DNA from: Lama guanicoe
Taxonomy: Eukaryota
Length of the DNA: 64,000 bases
Assembly: GCA_013239625.1 (NCBI GenBank)
Contig: MU053934.1
Span: 3,118,399 to 3,182,398, forward strand
Direction: 5' to 3'
The translations under genes and the position numbers were made by a program. The notes below the pieces were generated by a model. The model did not search any database. It worked only from the letters and a program-made list of their open reading frames with translations, and was not told the DNA's origin. Positions 12,531 to 25,729 of this stretch are shown here, in pieces; position 1 is the stretch's first letter, and each line of letters opens with the position of its first letter.

Positions 12531-13509
12531 TACAGAAATAAGAATTTTTAATTAAATTTTAAATTAAAAAAAAAAGAAAGCCCTTAAAGTGGGTGCCCTG
12601 GGTGTCCTGGCAGTCCCCCTGAAGGCAGCGCCGGGAACCCCTGGAGCCTGCGTTGGGTCAGCCCCCGGCTCATCAGTACACCCTAGGGGTGTCAGAAGAG
12701 GGGTGGCCAGCTCCGGACAGTCTCCGGTGTCTAGAATCTGGTCGCCCCAGCCTGGCACGGTCCTTCCAGAATGACTGGGCTCTGGGGTCAAATTCTCAGG
12801 GGCTAGTTCAGACAGACGCTGATGACTGTTCCCCAGCCCCAGCTCCCAGCCCAGCTGCCTCCGCCCACCACCTCGGGCCATGCTTCAGTTCCAGTCACTT
12901 CCCTCCTTCCTGCCGGAAGAGCCAAATCCAGGCTCAGAAGCCTCCGTGGGGGCAAGTCCAGGGCACAGGGAGGGAATTTTCTCCCAGGAGATCCCTGTGA
13001 AGCCCTGGATGTGGAGTGCGGGCCCCTCTCTTCATCAGGGGCTCTCCTTCGGTCCCTAGATCAGGTTCTGTGCCCCAGATGCACCCAGAGACTGAGCTCA
13101 GCCTGGCCCTACTGACCTCCAGCCCTCGGACCCCGAGAGTCCTCCCCGCGTTCCCCACAGGCCACCCTCCGACTGACAAGTTACCGAGAGCTGCTCCTCC
13201 TGGTCTCCAGGCAGGTGCATCCTCCTCTGCCTCTGTTTCCCACATCTGTTCCCCAGCGCACTGCCTGCGCTTTTCTGTTTACACTCCTCTGGGGCCATCT
13301 CAGCCACGCCATGGCTTCCATCATGGTCCCCAAAGTACAGCTTCTAGATCCATAGAAACCATCTCCACTGCCTGCTGGCGATGCCCCTCACCCCAACCCC
13401 AGATGCCCCATCGGCCCCCAGAACTCCAACAGTCTTCCCCATCTCCCAGTACAACACAACCATCCCAGTCCCCTAAACTGGGGGCCTAGGCAGCAAGCGT
13501 CGTTTTGAA

Positions 13510-14430
13510 GTTTAAAAATAAATTTTTGGCTATTGTAATATTTTCACATTACCTTTGAATGAGTAACACATTCACATGGTCCAAAACTCAAAAGGCACAC
13601 AAGCGCTTACCATGAAAAGTCATGACATGCCCATCTTCCAGCCCACCTCCCAGCCACACAGTCCGCTCCCAAAAGGCCACCTCCATTGCTGATTGTTTTG
13701 TGTGTCCTCCCAGAGATATCCCAGCAGGAGAAAAAAAAGCTGCTTAATTTCCTTTATCTCACCCCAAAAGGGAGCACATGATGCCTGGTGTCCTGTACGT
13801 TGCTGGTTTCCATTTACTATTTACCTTGAAGGTTGTTCCATATTTGCTCACGAAGAGCTCGCTCACTCATCTTTGCAGCTGAACAGAATGCCACTGTTTC
13901 GGCAAGCTGGAAGTAATCTGATCAGTTCCCACTGAAGGATGGTTAGGTTTCCCCCACCTGCCACTCCTCCAGCTGTGCTGCCCTGTGTAATGATGTGCAA
14001 GTGCTGCTTTGCCAGATGCCAGTGTCTGAAGGCTGCCTTCCCAGTGGGAGGGTTGCCAGGTGATAGACTGTGTCATTTGTGTCACATCCCCTCCTCCGGG
14101 GCTGGACCTGAGCATCCTCCCACCAGCAACGCAGGAAAGGAAAGCTTGTTTCTCCATGTTCTCACCAACAGTCTTTTAGACGACTTTCTGATGTTTCATA
14201 TTCCAAGAGGCCAAAACAGACAGAGCAATGGAGGCTTAATTTGCATTTCTTTTAACATAAGAAAGCATTTTTTCCAGAGCGTTGAAAACCATTTGCATTT
14301 CCCTTTTCTGTGAACTGTGTTCATACTCTTTGCTCATTTTCTTATTTGGGGTTGGTCTTTTTTTTAAAGTGATTTCCATTTTAGGGAAATTAGCTCTTGG
14401 TCATATGAGTTACAACCTGAAATTACATTT
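13510..14430 (-). mobile_element. Ancient L1 (L1ME-like) fragment
   Basis: Degenerate minus-strand L1 motifs, e.g. TTAATTTGCATTTCT, CATTTGCATTTCC..TGTGAACTG..TTTGCTCATTTT. Confidence 0.55.
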
Positions 14431-14454
14431 CTAAAACATTCTTCTTTGTTCAGT

Positions 14455-15310
14455 ATCACGAATTATTAGAGAAATGCAAATCAAAACTACAATAAGGTAT
14501 CACCTCACACCAGTCAGAATGGCCATCATTAAAAAGTCTACAAAATAATAAATGCTGGAGAGGGAAAAAGGAACCCTACTACACTGTTGGCAGGAATGTG
14601 CATTGGTGCTGCCACTATGGAGGGTAGTATGGAGGGTCCTTAAAGAACTAAAAATAGACTTACCATATGACCCCACAATCCCACTCCTGGGCATATATCC
14701 AGAAGGAACCCTAATTCAAAAAAACACCTGCACCCCAATGTTCATAGCAGCGCTATTTACAATAGCCAAGACATGGAAAAAACTTAAATGTTTATCAACA
14801 GATGACTGGATAAAGAAATTGTGGTATATTTATACAATGGAATACTATTCAGCCATAAAAAGACAACATAATGCCATTTGCAGCAACACGGATGTCCCTG
14901 GAGAATGTCATTCTAAGTGAAGTAAGCCAGAAAGAGAAAGAAAAATACCATATGATATCACTCATATGTGGAATCTAAAAGAAAAAAGAAGACAAATGAA
15001 CTTAAATATAAAACAGAAACAGGCTCATAGACATAGAATACAAACTTGTGGTTGCCAGTGGGGAGGTGGGTGGGAAGGGACAGACTGGGAGTCTGAAACT
15101 GGTAGATACTGACAGGTATATATAGAATAGATAAGCAAGTTTATACTATATAGCACAGGGAAATATAGTCAAGATCTTGTAGTAGCTCATGGGGAAAGAG
15201 AATATGAAAATGAATATATGTATATTCATGTATGACTGAAAAATTGTGCTGTATGCCAGAAACTAACACAGCATTATAAACCGACTATAACTCAATTTAA
15301 AAAAAAAGAA
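14455..15310 (+). mobile_element. Younger 5'-truncated L1: ORF2 C-terminus, 3'UTR and A tail
   Basis: ORF 14552-14920 gives recognisable ORF2 C-terminal peptide ([56 protein letters not shown]); tail near 15298-15310. Confidence 0.92.
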
Positions 15311-15319
15311 TTAAGAATG

Positions 15320-15910
15320 AAAAAGACAGGCCCATGCACCCCAGTGTTCATATCAGCACTATTTACAGTAGTCAAGATATGGAAGCAACCTAAATGTCTA
15401 TCAACAGATAACTGGATAAAGAAGATGTGGTGTATATGATGGAATATTACTCAGCCATAAAAAAGAATGAAAAATACCATTTGCAGCAACATGAATGGAC
15501 CTAGAGATGATCATATTAAGTGAAGTAAGTCAGATAAAGACAAATATCATACGGTATCACTTACATGTGAAATCTAGAAAAAGATACAAATATTATTTGC
15601 AAACCAGAAATAAACCCACAGACACAGAAAATAAACTGTAGTTACCAAAGGGGACAGTGCGGGAGGGATAAATTAGGAGTTTGGGATTAACAGATACACA
15701 CTACTATACATAAAATAGATACACAACAAGGTCTACTGTATAGCACAGGGAACTATATTCAGTCTCTTGTAATAAGCTATAATGGAAAAGAATCTGAAAA
15801 TATATGTATATATGTGTGTATATGTATAACTGAATAGCTTTGCTGTACACTTGAAACTAACATTGTAAGTCAACTACACTTCAATAAAAAAATTAAATTA
15901 AAAAAAAGAA
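15320..15910 (+). mobile_element. Second 5'-truncated L1 (different 3'UTR subfamily) in tandem
   Basis: Repeats ORF2 end (TGCACCCCAGTGTTCATA..ATGGAAGCAACCTAAATGTC) and a 3'UTR ending TCAACTACACTTCAATAAAAAA. Confidence 0.9.
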
Positions 15911-17364
15911 AACATCCTACAGTTTCTTCTTGCTGTCGTGGTCTAGCTTTTTAGACTCAACTATCTGATACATCTCACTTTATCCCGCTGTACCATGTGA
16001 GGTACTGCGCCGACCTTATTTTTTCCGGATGTCTACCCACTGACCAAAAGTGTATTTTTCTCCCTGCTGACTGAGAGTGGCCTTCATCTCGTGCCACATT
16101 CGCCCATGTGACCGGGCAGCACCCCTAGGCTTTCCTACCCCAGAGTCCCTGCATCCAGGGCCCAGGGGTCCTCCCTCCTGAGTAGTCCCTGAATCGGCCT
16201 CCTTCTCTCATGTCCACGGCTTGGTTTAGAATTCAGCCTGTTTCCTCAGGGGCATCCTGATATGTCCGTGTCCCTGAGCTTTCTGAGATGTCCACGGGAT
16301 CCTGTTTCCCCAAAGAAGGCCCACTCCCATCTCCTTGACCGTCCCTGCCCACCTTCCCCCGCTGCTGCTGCCAGGCCAGACCCCTCGAAGGTCCTCCACT
16401 GCCCACTCTATCTTCCTGAAGTCTGTCCTCCTCTTCCTGCCTGGCCAGATCCTATTTCTCCCCAAGACTCCACATTGGGTGTCCCCGTGGGCCCCTGGCA
16501 CCCATCACTTACCTCCCCACTCCTCAGCAGAGCCCCTCCACCTTATCATGGACAGGGAGGAGCAGAGACCCCCACCCAGCCCACCTGCCAGCCCCTAGGC
16601 ACCCACACGAGCTGCACAGAACAAGCCAATGTACAACACACCTTTGCTCCAGTGGACAGAGGAGTCTTGGGGCAACTTCTCCACTCCATCTGATGTGTTC
16701 CCCTATCTCCTCCAACAGAGGGTCTTGGATTTTGACTCTCCGTGTCCCCTCCCTCCCACGTGGACGTCCAGACCATTTAACTCCTTCGTTCTTGCCTTTC
16801 TCCTTGGTCATGGGTGTAGGTTGTCCAGCTCTGCCTGCTTCCATGCGGAGAGGATAGGGGGCTCTGACGCTGAGCCAGAAGGAGGAAGGAAGACACCTTC
16901 AGTGGGCCCCGGCCCAGGGGATGGGGAGGATGCTCCCTGCCTGCAGGTCCCCTGTGCCCCGCTAGGCTGATGGCACTGCTCAACACATATTTAATAACTC
17001 GTCCTGGCTGCCACATGCTGGGGACATGGCAATAGACAAAGCCAAGTCCCTGCTAGGGAGACATCACAGCCCAGCACGAACACAGACTATAAACAAGAGA
17101 ATAAATATAATGATAGCACAGGTGGGGAAGTGCCATGGAAAAATAACAAAGGAGTACCGGGAGGACAGAATGACACAGAAAGGAAGAGGCAGACTTGATT
17201 AGGAACCAGACTGAGCTCTCAAAGATCTGGGGAGGAGCAGCACTGCAAGAGGGACCTGCCAAGGGCGAAGGTGGGGAGGAGCTCCGAGTGATCTTGGGCA
17301 GCAAGGCCCGTGAGGCATCGGTAAAGCTTTGCATTCATTCTGTGAGCCCGGGAAGTGTGGGATC

Positions 17365-17391
17365 TGACACTAGATGGCGCCCTCTGATGGT
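17365..17391. promoter_or_regulatory. Candidate CTCF site (two overlapping opposite-strand motifs)
   Basis: TGACACTAGATGGCGCCCT on plus and ACCATCAGAGGGCGCCAT on minus, both close to the CCASYAGRKGGCRC consensus. Confidence 0.6.
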
Positions 17392-18539
17392 CATGTGAGG
17401 AATAGACTGGACAAGGGCAGAAGCTAGGAGACCCTGTGGTCACTGAGGTGTCCAGGCAAGAGCAGGGAGGGAGGCTTGGACCAGGGAGGTAGTGGTGGAG
17501 GATGTGCGAAGGGACTGGACCCAGGATATATTTCGCAGAGTCTACAGGATTTGCTGGTGGAGTCAAGGATGGTGGCATTTTCATCCTTACCAACTTGGCA
17601 GGTAGAAGTTCAGTCTAACCAGGAGGGAGTGACTGGGAGGAAAGGGTTTGCAGGATTGGGAATTGATGCTTCCATTTTGGAAATTTCAGTTGAGAAACCT
17701 GTCTGACATGGGGAAGCCAAGCGTGGGGTTGGATGATGTATCTATTGCAAGGATCTGACTAGAGACGTAAGCGTGGAGTTGTCCAGGTGTGGATGGTACT
17801 TAACGCAAGAGGTCCCCCAGGGAAAGAATGCTGCTCTAGACAGGCAGGGCCGAGCCAGCACCCTGCAGCCTCCACGAAGGGCTCCTTCTCTGTTTTAAGT
17901 CTATTTTTTGTTGGTTAAGGAACCTCCATACTGTCCCCCTGGCTCACATAGCCAGACCTGCGGAGCTGGGAGACATTGGCCCTACTCAGTCCTGGGGCCA
18001 CTGTTGAACCAATCAGCGCAGCCAGGAGATGGAATATTATTAACTGGACCTAGGTCATGTCTTCTCCACCCCTTTCCTGGAGCTAGGGATGGGGTCAGCC
18101 TCATAAATCACATGGGCTGAAAGTGGAGATGTGAGGTTCCCCCAGAGAAAGGAAAGACCCTCTCTGGATAAGGTAGAGCAGATGCCACATAAGCACAAAT
18201 AGCAGATGTCTCTAGATCCTGCCCTCACCCTCCCTGAAACTGGCCCTCCTCCAGTCCTTCTGCCTCTCTGACCCCATCCTCATCCCTGGACCCTTCTTCC
18301 AGCTTGGACCTCATAACACTGTGCTCTGCTGGGATCTGAGAGCAATCCTTTTCTCACTCCAAAGCCTCCGTGAACGAGCTCACTCTGTCCCATGACCTTG
18401 TGGTCACCTGCACGGTGATAACGCCCAGATGCTTTTCTCCAGACTGGACCTTGCTGTGGAGTTCCAGATCTGAAAATCCATGACATCACACTATGTGTAA
18501 ACACCTATAGCACACACATACATTTGTTGTACACAAATA

Positions 18540-19880
18540 CATATAACAAACACCCGTAACATAAAATTTACCACCTTAACCATTTTAAGTGTACTGTTCA
18601 GTGCATTAAATGCATGGACAATATTGTGCACCCAGCACCACCACCCATAGCTCTTTTCCTCTTGTAAAACTGCAGCTCTGTCCGCACTAAACAATGACCC
18701 CCGCTCCCTCCCTCCATAGCCCCTGGCAACCACCATTCTACTTTCTGTCTCTGTGATTTTGACGACACAAAGTAACTCATCTAAGTGGAATCATACAGTA
18801 TCTGTCCTGTTGGGGCTTTTTTCACTTAGTTTAATGTCCTCAAGTTTCATCCGTATTACAGCACATTGCAGAATTTCCTTCCTTTTTAAGACGGAATAAC
18901 ATTCCGTTGTGCATATGTACTACAGTTTGCTTATCCGTGCATCCATCAGTGGGCACTTGGGTTCCTTTCACGTTTTAGCTATGGTGAATAATGCTGCTAT
19001 TAACGTGCATATACAAATATCTCTTTGAGATTCTGTTTCCAGTTCTTTGGGGTATATATCAGAAGTAGGATTGCTCGGTCTTATGATAATTCTATTTTTA
19101 ATTTTTTGAGGAAACCCATACAGTTGTCCACAGCAGCTGTACCATTTTACATTCCCACCAACAGTGCACAAGGGCTCCAATTTCTCCACATCCTTGCCAA
19201 TGCTTGTTATTTTGTTTGCATGCTTTTTAAAATAACAGCCATCTTTATGGGTGTGCGCTGGGATCTCACTGTGGTTTTGCATTTCCCTCATGATCAGTGA
19301 TGTTGAGCATCTTTTCCTGTGCCTACTGGCCATCTGTCTATCTTCATTGAGAAAATGTCTATTCAAGTCATTTGCCCATTTTTGAATTGGGTTATGTGGG
19401 GTTTTGTTTTTTGGTTTTTTGGTGGGGTTTTTTTTTTGGTGTTTAGTTTTAGGAGTTCTCTGTGCATTCTGGATATTAATCCCTCATCAGATATATAATT
19501 TGCAATTTTTTTCTCCCATTCTGTGGGTTGAATTTTTACTCTGTTGATAGTGTTTTTTGAGGCACAAATTTTTTTAATTTTCATGAACTCCAATTTGTGT
19601 ATTTTTTCTTTTGTTACTTGTGTCTTTGTGCTGTCTTACCCAAGATATCATTGCCAAATCCAATGGCGTGAAGATTTTGTCCTATGTTTTCTTCCAAGAA
19701 TTTTATTGCTTTAGGTCTTACCTTTAGGTCCTTGATCCATTTTAAGTTATTTTTTGTATGTGGTGTTAGGTAAGGGACCCACTTCATTCTTTCGTTCATG
19801 GAGATCCAGTTTTCCCAGCACTGTTTGTTGAAAACACTGTCTTTCCTTCCATTGAATGGTCTTGGCCCCTTTGTCAAAAA
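18540..19880 (-). mobile_element. L1 (L1MB-like) ORF2 3' part and 3'UTR
   Basis: Minus ORFs 18968-19366, 19363-19593, 19614-19877 give frameshifted ORF2 peptides ([46 protein letters not shown]). Confidence 0.9.
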
Positions 19881-20964
19881 ACGTTTGTGTCTGTCTGCTT
19901 TTAATCTGTCTTATCAAATCCTTTTTTCACACAACAGTCAGGGAAATCTTTCTAAACTGCAAATCGGAAGTTGGGTTGGCTCCTGGCTCCCCACGTCTGG
20001 CTGTGTGACCCAGGGGGAGTTACGGAAACTCTGAGTCTCAGCCTCAATCATCCATGACACAGGATCGCAACAGCCATCTCAGAAGGATGTAGTGAGGAGC
20101 ACTTGAGACAAGAGATGTGAACATGCCTTTGTGGTGTCTGGCACAAGAGAGATTTCCTACCAAAGGTGGGTCCTTTCTTACCTATTACCAGTCAGGTAAG
20201 ATAAGAGGTGCAAGCTGTGTTCTGGAATGCAAAACCTCTCACAGTCTGGTCCCCATTTTTTTTTTGAGGCTCACCCCCTCACCCCCTACGAAAGCACACA
20301 CACAAACTACGTCCCTAACAGCATGTGCCGTGGCCGATGGATGTGCCTAGAAATCGCCTGCTCAGCCTCCACCTCTGCAGTTTGCAAGGCTGTTCCCACC
20401 ACTTGATGCCCTTCCTTCTTCTGCAGTCTCTCTTCTAAGCCAGTTTGCCTAACCTCCTCCTCTGTGGTCTCCATGCTGGTTCTCCCCACCCGGAATCCAT
20501 CATTACCTGCATACCTGTTCTGAGAACTCATCACGTGCCCGTAGAGTCATATAAGAATGGTCTGCCCCATCGGACACTCTCACCTGGGCAGGGCTGGATC
20601 TCTCTCCATCCTGAGAAGAGGCAGTGATGTGAAAAGATGGACACGGCCTTGTGACTCAGACTTGTGGCGTCTCAAATCTCTACCACTTACAGACCTTGGG
20701 ACCCTGGGCAAGACACTTTGCACTCCCCGCCTCAGTTCCTCATCTGTAAAAATGGGGATAAACATATATATTTCACCAAATGTTTGTGAAGATTAGAGCT
20801 CAGTGGACTTTTTTAAACAATGGATTCAACTACTACATGGTTAATTTTTTCATGTAAAACTATATCAAATGGGAAGTATAGGTGCTGAGTGGATGTCATG
20901 GGTCACCCTGGACAGGCAGCCAGGATGCAGACTCACGCCATGGAAATGCAGAATGCTAGTTCTT

Positions 20965-21235
20965 TTTTTTTTTTTTTAACTTTTTTTTATTAAGTTATAG
21001 TCATTTTATAATATTGTGTCAAATTCCGGTGCAGAGCCCAATTTTTCAGTTATACATGAACATATGTATATTCACTGTCACATTTTTTTCACTGTGAGCT
21101 AGCACAAGGTCTTGTATATATTTCCCTGTGCTATCCAGTATATTCTTGTTTATCTATTCTACATATGCCTGTCAGTATCTACAAATTTTGAATTCCCAGT
21201 CTTATCCCCTCACCCCCGGTAACTACAAGTTTGTA
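20965..21235 (-). mobile_element. 5'-truncated L1 3'UTR with poly(A) and 16-bp TSD
   Basis: TSD CAGAATGCTAGTTCTT (20949-20964) / CAGAATGCAAGTTCTT (21236-21251); body similar to reverse complement of 15040-15310. Confidence 0.88.
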
Positions 21236-21424
21236 CAGAATGCAAGTTCTTAATCACTGTGGCAGACAGACAGACGGACAGATGGTGGAGGGATGCTTGG
21301 AAGAATGGATGGTGAGTGATGGAGGGAGGCTGGGAGGGTGGGCCAGTCACTGGACAGAGTCAGGAGGATTCCTTGTGAGGCTTTCCCGGCTGTAGTCCAG
21401 CCACCTCCCACCTACTCCCCAAAA

Positions 21425-21663
21425 GAGGCAGGGCTAGGGGGAGATACGTGGGGCACTCACCTGGGGTGCAGAATCTAAGGGGAAGGTAAAGTCATTAATC
21501 AAGAGAAATAATCCCTGAAGTGGTATCTTTATAAATCAAAATCAATGCCAAAAAAAGTCATGAAAAGATATCAAAATAAAGTTAGATTTTTAAAATTTAA
21601 ATAAAGATCAGATCTGACCCAGCACTCACACAACCTCATTTGCCTCCCACAGCCCAGGCCTTG
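21425..21663. mobile_element. MER96B-like hAT-Tip100 fossil
   Basis: GGGCTAGGG..GGCACTCACCTGGGGTGCAGAATCTAAGGG..TAATCAAGAGAAATAAT..AATCAAAATCAATGC resembles recalled consensus. Confidence 0.55.
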
Positions 21664-23969
21664 CGTACCCCCCAGAACCTCCCTATGCCCCACCCTGTGC
21701 CTCTAACCCATCACTTCACAACCACCCCCACCCCTACGCTGAGGCCTGCAGTGGAGAGCTGGGGAGGGGTGCGATGGGAAATGAAAGCGAAGGCGGGAGT
21801 GGGGGGCGGGGGGCTGCCACTGCTCTTCCCTACGCCCAGCCCTGGTCCCACCTAACCCCCCCCCGCCACAGGGCAGCCCCAGGCCCTGGCTCCTCTGGGT
21901 GGCATCCCCCTAGCCACCACAGGGTGGAGCTCGTGGGCTGCTTTGGGTCTCCAAGGAAACGAAGAAAGAGGACAAGGGAAAGGAAGGAGTCAGACCCTCC
22001 TGGGTCTCCCACAGCCACGCTGGGTGCCAGCTGCCTTATGTGGATTCTTCATGAAATCCCTCTCACCTGCCCTCATGGGAGCTGCTATGATCATCCCCGA
22101 TTTTCCAGAAAAGGAAGCAGAGGCCCAGAGAGGGAAAGTACCTGTGGGCGGCAGCTGGTAGGGAGGGGGGGCCTGGCCATGTCTGCTGGGCTCCTGGGCC
22201 TGCGCTAAGAATTCACCAGGTGCCCAGGGCGCCGTGCCTCACGGAGGGCACTGTAAGCAGCTCTTGGGAATCAATGAGCAAATAGGCCCATTCTGCAGGG
22301 TTGGAAACCAAGGCTCACATGGTGTCACACAGCCAGGAGGGACAGAGAGAGCAGGGGAACATAGGTCTGCCCAGCACCATCCAGTGCCCTCACCCCAGCA
22401 GTGTGACCCCCACCTACGAGGCCCCAAGTCCTGAGCCACTATTGTCTCTTCTGAAACCATAAGGGGGAGATCTCAGACACCCTAAGGGACCTTCCAGCAA
22501 AACATTCTAAGATTCAGGGATGCCAGCTCATCACAGTCACAGGTTGGTCTATTTCACCATCCCTGGACGTGACTCCCACGGCCCAGCCTGGCCAAGGGAC
22601 CCGGCTGCCTGAGAACTGAAGGTTCTGGTTAACAGAGTTGCTATGCTCGTATGAAGATGACCAGTCTCAAAGTGAAGGCGAGGAGTTCAAGCTTAACACC
22701 AGAAAATGGGTGGAAATGGCCAATAGACTCAGCTTATCTCACCCCAGGGCCCCATTGGGAGTCTTACCACTTCCAAACCATGGTTAGCAGATGGAGGAAA
22801 GGTGCCGGCTGGCCATCTGCCTTTCGGTTAGATGAAACTTTACAGTGGTAGAATGTAGAAGGTCAGAGATCAAAAGACCCTTAGAGTTAATTTGGTCAAA
22901 CTCTGACACCCACCCCATCCGAGCCATTTATTAATTCAACAAATACTGGCTTAGCATCACCATGTGCCACAGGCTAAGCAGATAAACCCAGCCCCATCCC
23001 TCACAGAGTTTATGATCCAGCAATGAAAACAATATTGAGCAAGTAATTATGGTAATGGGTCTTAGGATTCCAGTAGGGTGTGCTGAAAGCCATGAGCATA
23101 TGGGTTAGGAAAAACTGCCCAAAGGAAACACAGTAAGCCAAAACCTGAAGCTTGAGGAGTTGGCCAGAGATGGGAAGGAGACAGAGCACATCAGGTGGCA
23201 GGAGGGGCATGTGCAAAGGCCCTGGGGCATGAGCATATATGATCTGGTCAAGATAAAGCTAGATGGCCCATAGGCTGCAGCTCAGAGTGGAGGGGAGAAG
23301 GCAGAGCGGCAGGTAGCAGTCAGACTCCAGAGGGTCTTGTGGGCCATGCTGTGGCGTCTCAATGCCATCCTGAAGGCAGTCAGGAGCCACTGAAGGTTTT
23401 TAAGCAGAAGAGTGATATGACCAGATTCATGTCTTAGAAAAATCAGCCTGGAAACCATAAGGGCAGAAAGTCAGGGTTGGGGGCGGGGCAAGGCTGGAGG
23501 CCAAAGGACCCACAGGGTTGTTACAAAAGGAAAGGTGATAGGGCCCCAAATAAGGAGGTGGAAGTGAGGGTGCCTGAGGAGTCCATGCATGGCACTGAGA
23601 GTCACTTGGGACATCAGACTCTAAGGGACATTGATTATGCTGGCGGGGAGGAGGCAGAAGAAGGGGTCTAAACTGGTCCCGTCTGGGTGACTCGGGGGAC
23701 AGAGCTGCCATTGGTTGAGCTGGAAAACACCTGAGGGATCACTTTGGGACACACTGAGCTGAGGAAACACCTAAATGGACTTGTTAGGTAGGAAACTGGA
23801 CATGTAGGTAAGGATCAGAATACAGCACAGGGCAGAAGTGTTGGTCGGGGGGGGGTGCGTGGGCTTGTACAATAAAGAGGTGCTGGGACAAGCCCTGGGG
23901 GAACCCTGGCACCCTACACACAGCTGTGTCCGCCTCCCCAGGGCCCAGCAGGTCGCTTGGTGTGAGGAA

Positions 23970-24435
23970 GAGTGGCAGGTGGTAGTTTCAAAAGATGGCG
24001 GCACCAACATCTCCCATCCCACGTGCTCTTCTTACATCGTGACCCTGTGACTACAGTGGAAGTGATACTAAGAGATTTCTGAGGTCAGATCATAAAAGGG
24101 GTACGTTTCCACCTGGCTTTCTCTTTTGGGCTGTGCACCTTGGCTCCCAAGGGTACCCTGGAACTGCCGTGCTGGGGGGACCACGTGGAGAGGCCACAGA
24201 GAGCAAGAGAGATGCCGAGGAGTTCCAGATGTTTGAGCCACCAGACCCACCACCAAACTTGCAAGACAGCCAGCCTTTGGATATCCCAGGCCCAAACTTG
24301 GGCCGCCCCAGGTGACGCTAAGTAGAACCGAGACCAGCTGTCCCTACTGAGTTTGCCTAGACTGCAGATTCGTGAGCAAAATAAATATTGTTTAGATAAA
24401 CTAAGAAGTTGTTACATAGCAGAACAGACTAGCAC
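23970..24435 (+). mobile_element. MaLR (MLT1-type) LTR
   Basis: AAGATGGC..CTCCCATCCCAC..CTGAGGTCAGATCATAAAAGG..CCACGTGGAGAGGCCACA..CTGCAGATTCGTGAGCAAAATAAA..GTTGTTACATAGCA. Confidence 0.7.
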
Positions 24436-25729
24436 TTAAGGACATGCAGAGAAAGGGGAGCCTGCAGAGGAGACTGAGAAGGGGTCAGGAGGTCAGAAGG
24501 AATCAGAGAGTGAGTGAGCGACCCCAGGGCACACAGCAGGCTGGTGGCCAACACTTTGTCTGGTTTTCCCTGACCACTCTTCTTGGATTTTGCCTGAGAT
24601 CTTTATTCTCTTTTCCTTCCTTCCTTCCTTCTTTCTTCCTTTCCTTCTTTTCTTTTATATTGAGAATCTGTATCTCCCAGACTATCTCCCATATATACAA
24701 AAAGCTAGGAATACGAAAGTAGAAAATCAGGACTAGGGAAAAGGAGAAGGAAAATATGACAAATGATGCTGCAGTTGTGCTTTAGATTTGCCTGAGTTTC
24801 CTGGCAGCTGGAGTAAAAAGGGAAACAAGGCAAGTTACTCAGTTCTCCTTACTGGAAAAGGGGAAACAGGCCAGTCCCCTGGTGAATTGCATTTTTCTAA
24901 ACCACACTAGAATAAAGCTCCAGAACCCACTGAGCTCATGACTTAAGAAGTGCTCGGTGACATCATACCTTCAACAGCAAACACAGAAGTGGTTTCCTTA
25001 TTTCTTGTAATAACTTCCTTGCTGAGGGCTGACCCCAGAGCTCTGATGCCCAGAGTGTACCCTGACTTTATTACAGGGACAGGAGGACCACACCTCCCTT
25101 GCTGGGGTCACAAACATCTGAGAATATGTTCAAATAACAATTTCAGGACCCTCCATCAGAGGATAGACTCAGGAGTCGGTGGCCTGGCAGTTTGTATCCT
25201 AAAAGGATCCCAGAGGGGCACATCCAGGTTTGGGGTCCCCTGCCTAAGAGAATCTTTCCTAAATCTCGGGAAAACACGCAATAAAGCAAGGCCCTACTGT
25301 CTGCCAGGGCCCAGGATCACCTTGGAAACCAGACAACCCTTGGAGGGACTGACGCGGGACTGACAAGTGACCAGTGGCTGCCTCCACTGAGGTCCTCTCC
25401 AGGCGAGACACTTTACCATCACACCCTCTGGTAGGACATACTGCAGAATCCCCATTTTACAGATGAGAATACTGAGGCCAGGAAGATGCTGCCACAGCTC
25501 ATAGGCGGAGGCATTGAGGTTCAAAGCCAGAGCCCACTGAGCTACAGGCTAACACCAGGAGGAGGCCAGAACTCCCAGCTGCAACACACATCAGCCCTTC
25601 ATAGACAGCCTGAGCCTCCCTGGGGATAGTGTGGCATTCATTCCTTCAAAAAGCATCCATTGAACACCTACTATGTACCAAGTCTGTTCTAAGTGCCTCG
25701 GAAGCAGCAGAGAACCAAACTAACCCAGT

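Noticed and set aside
14552..14920. L1 ORF2 peptide as an active retrotransposon
   Set aside because: 5'-truncated, lacks ORF1, endonuclease and RT, and is frameshifted at the C-terminus.
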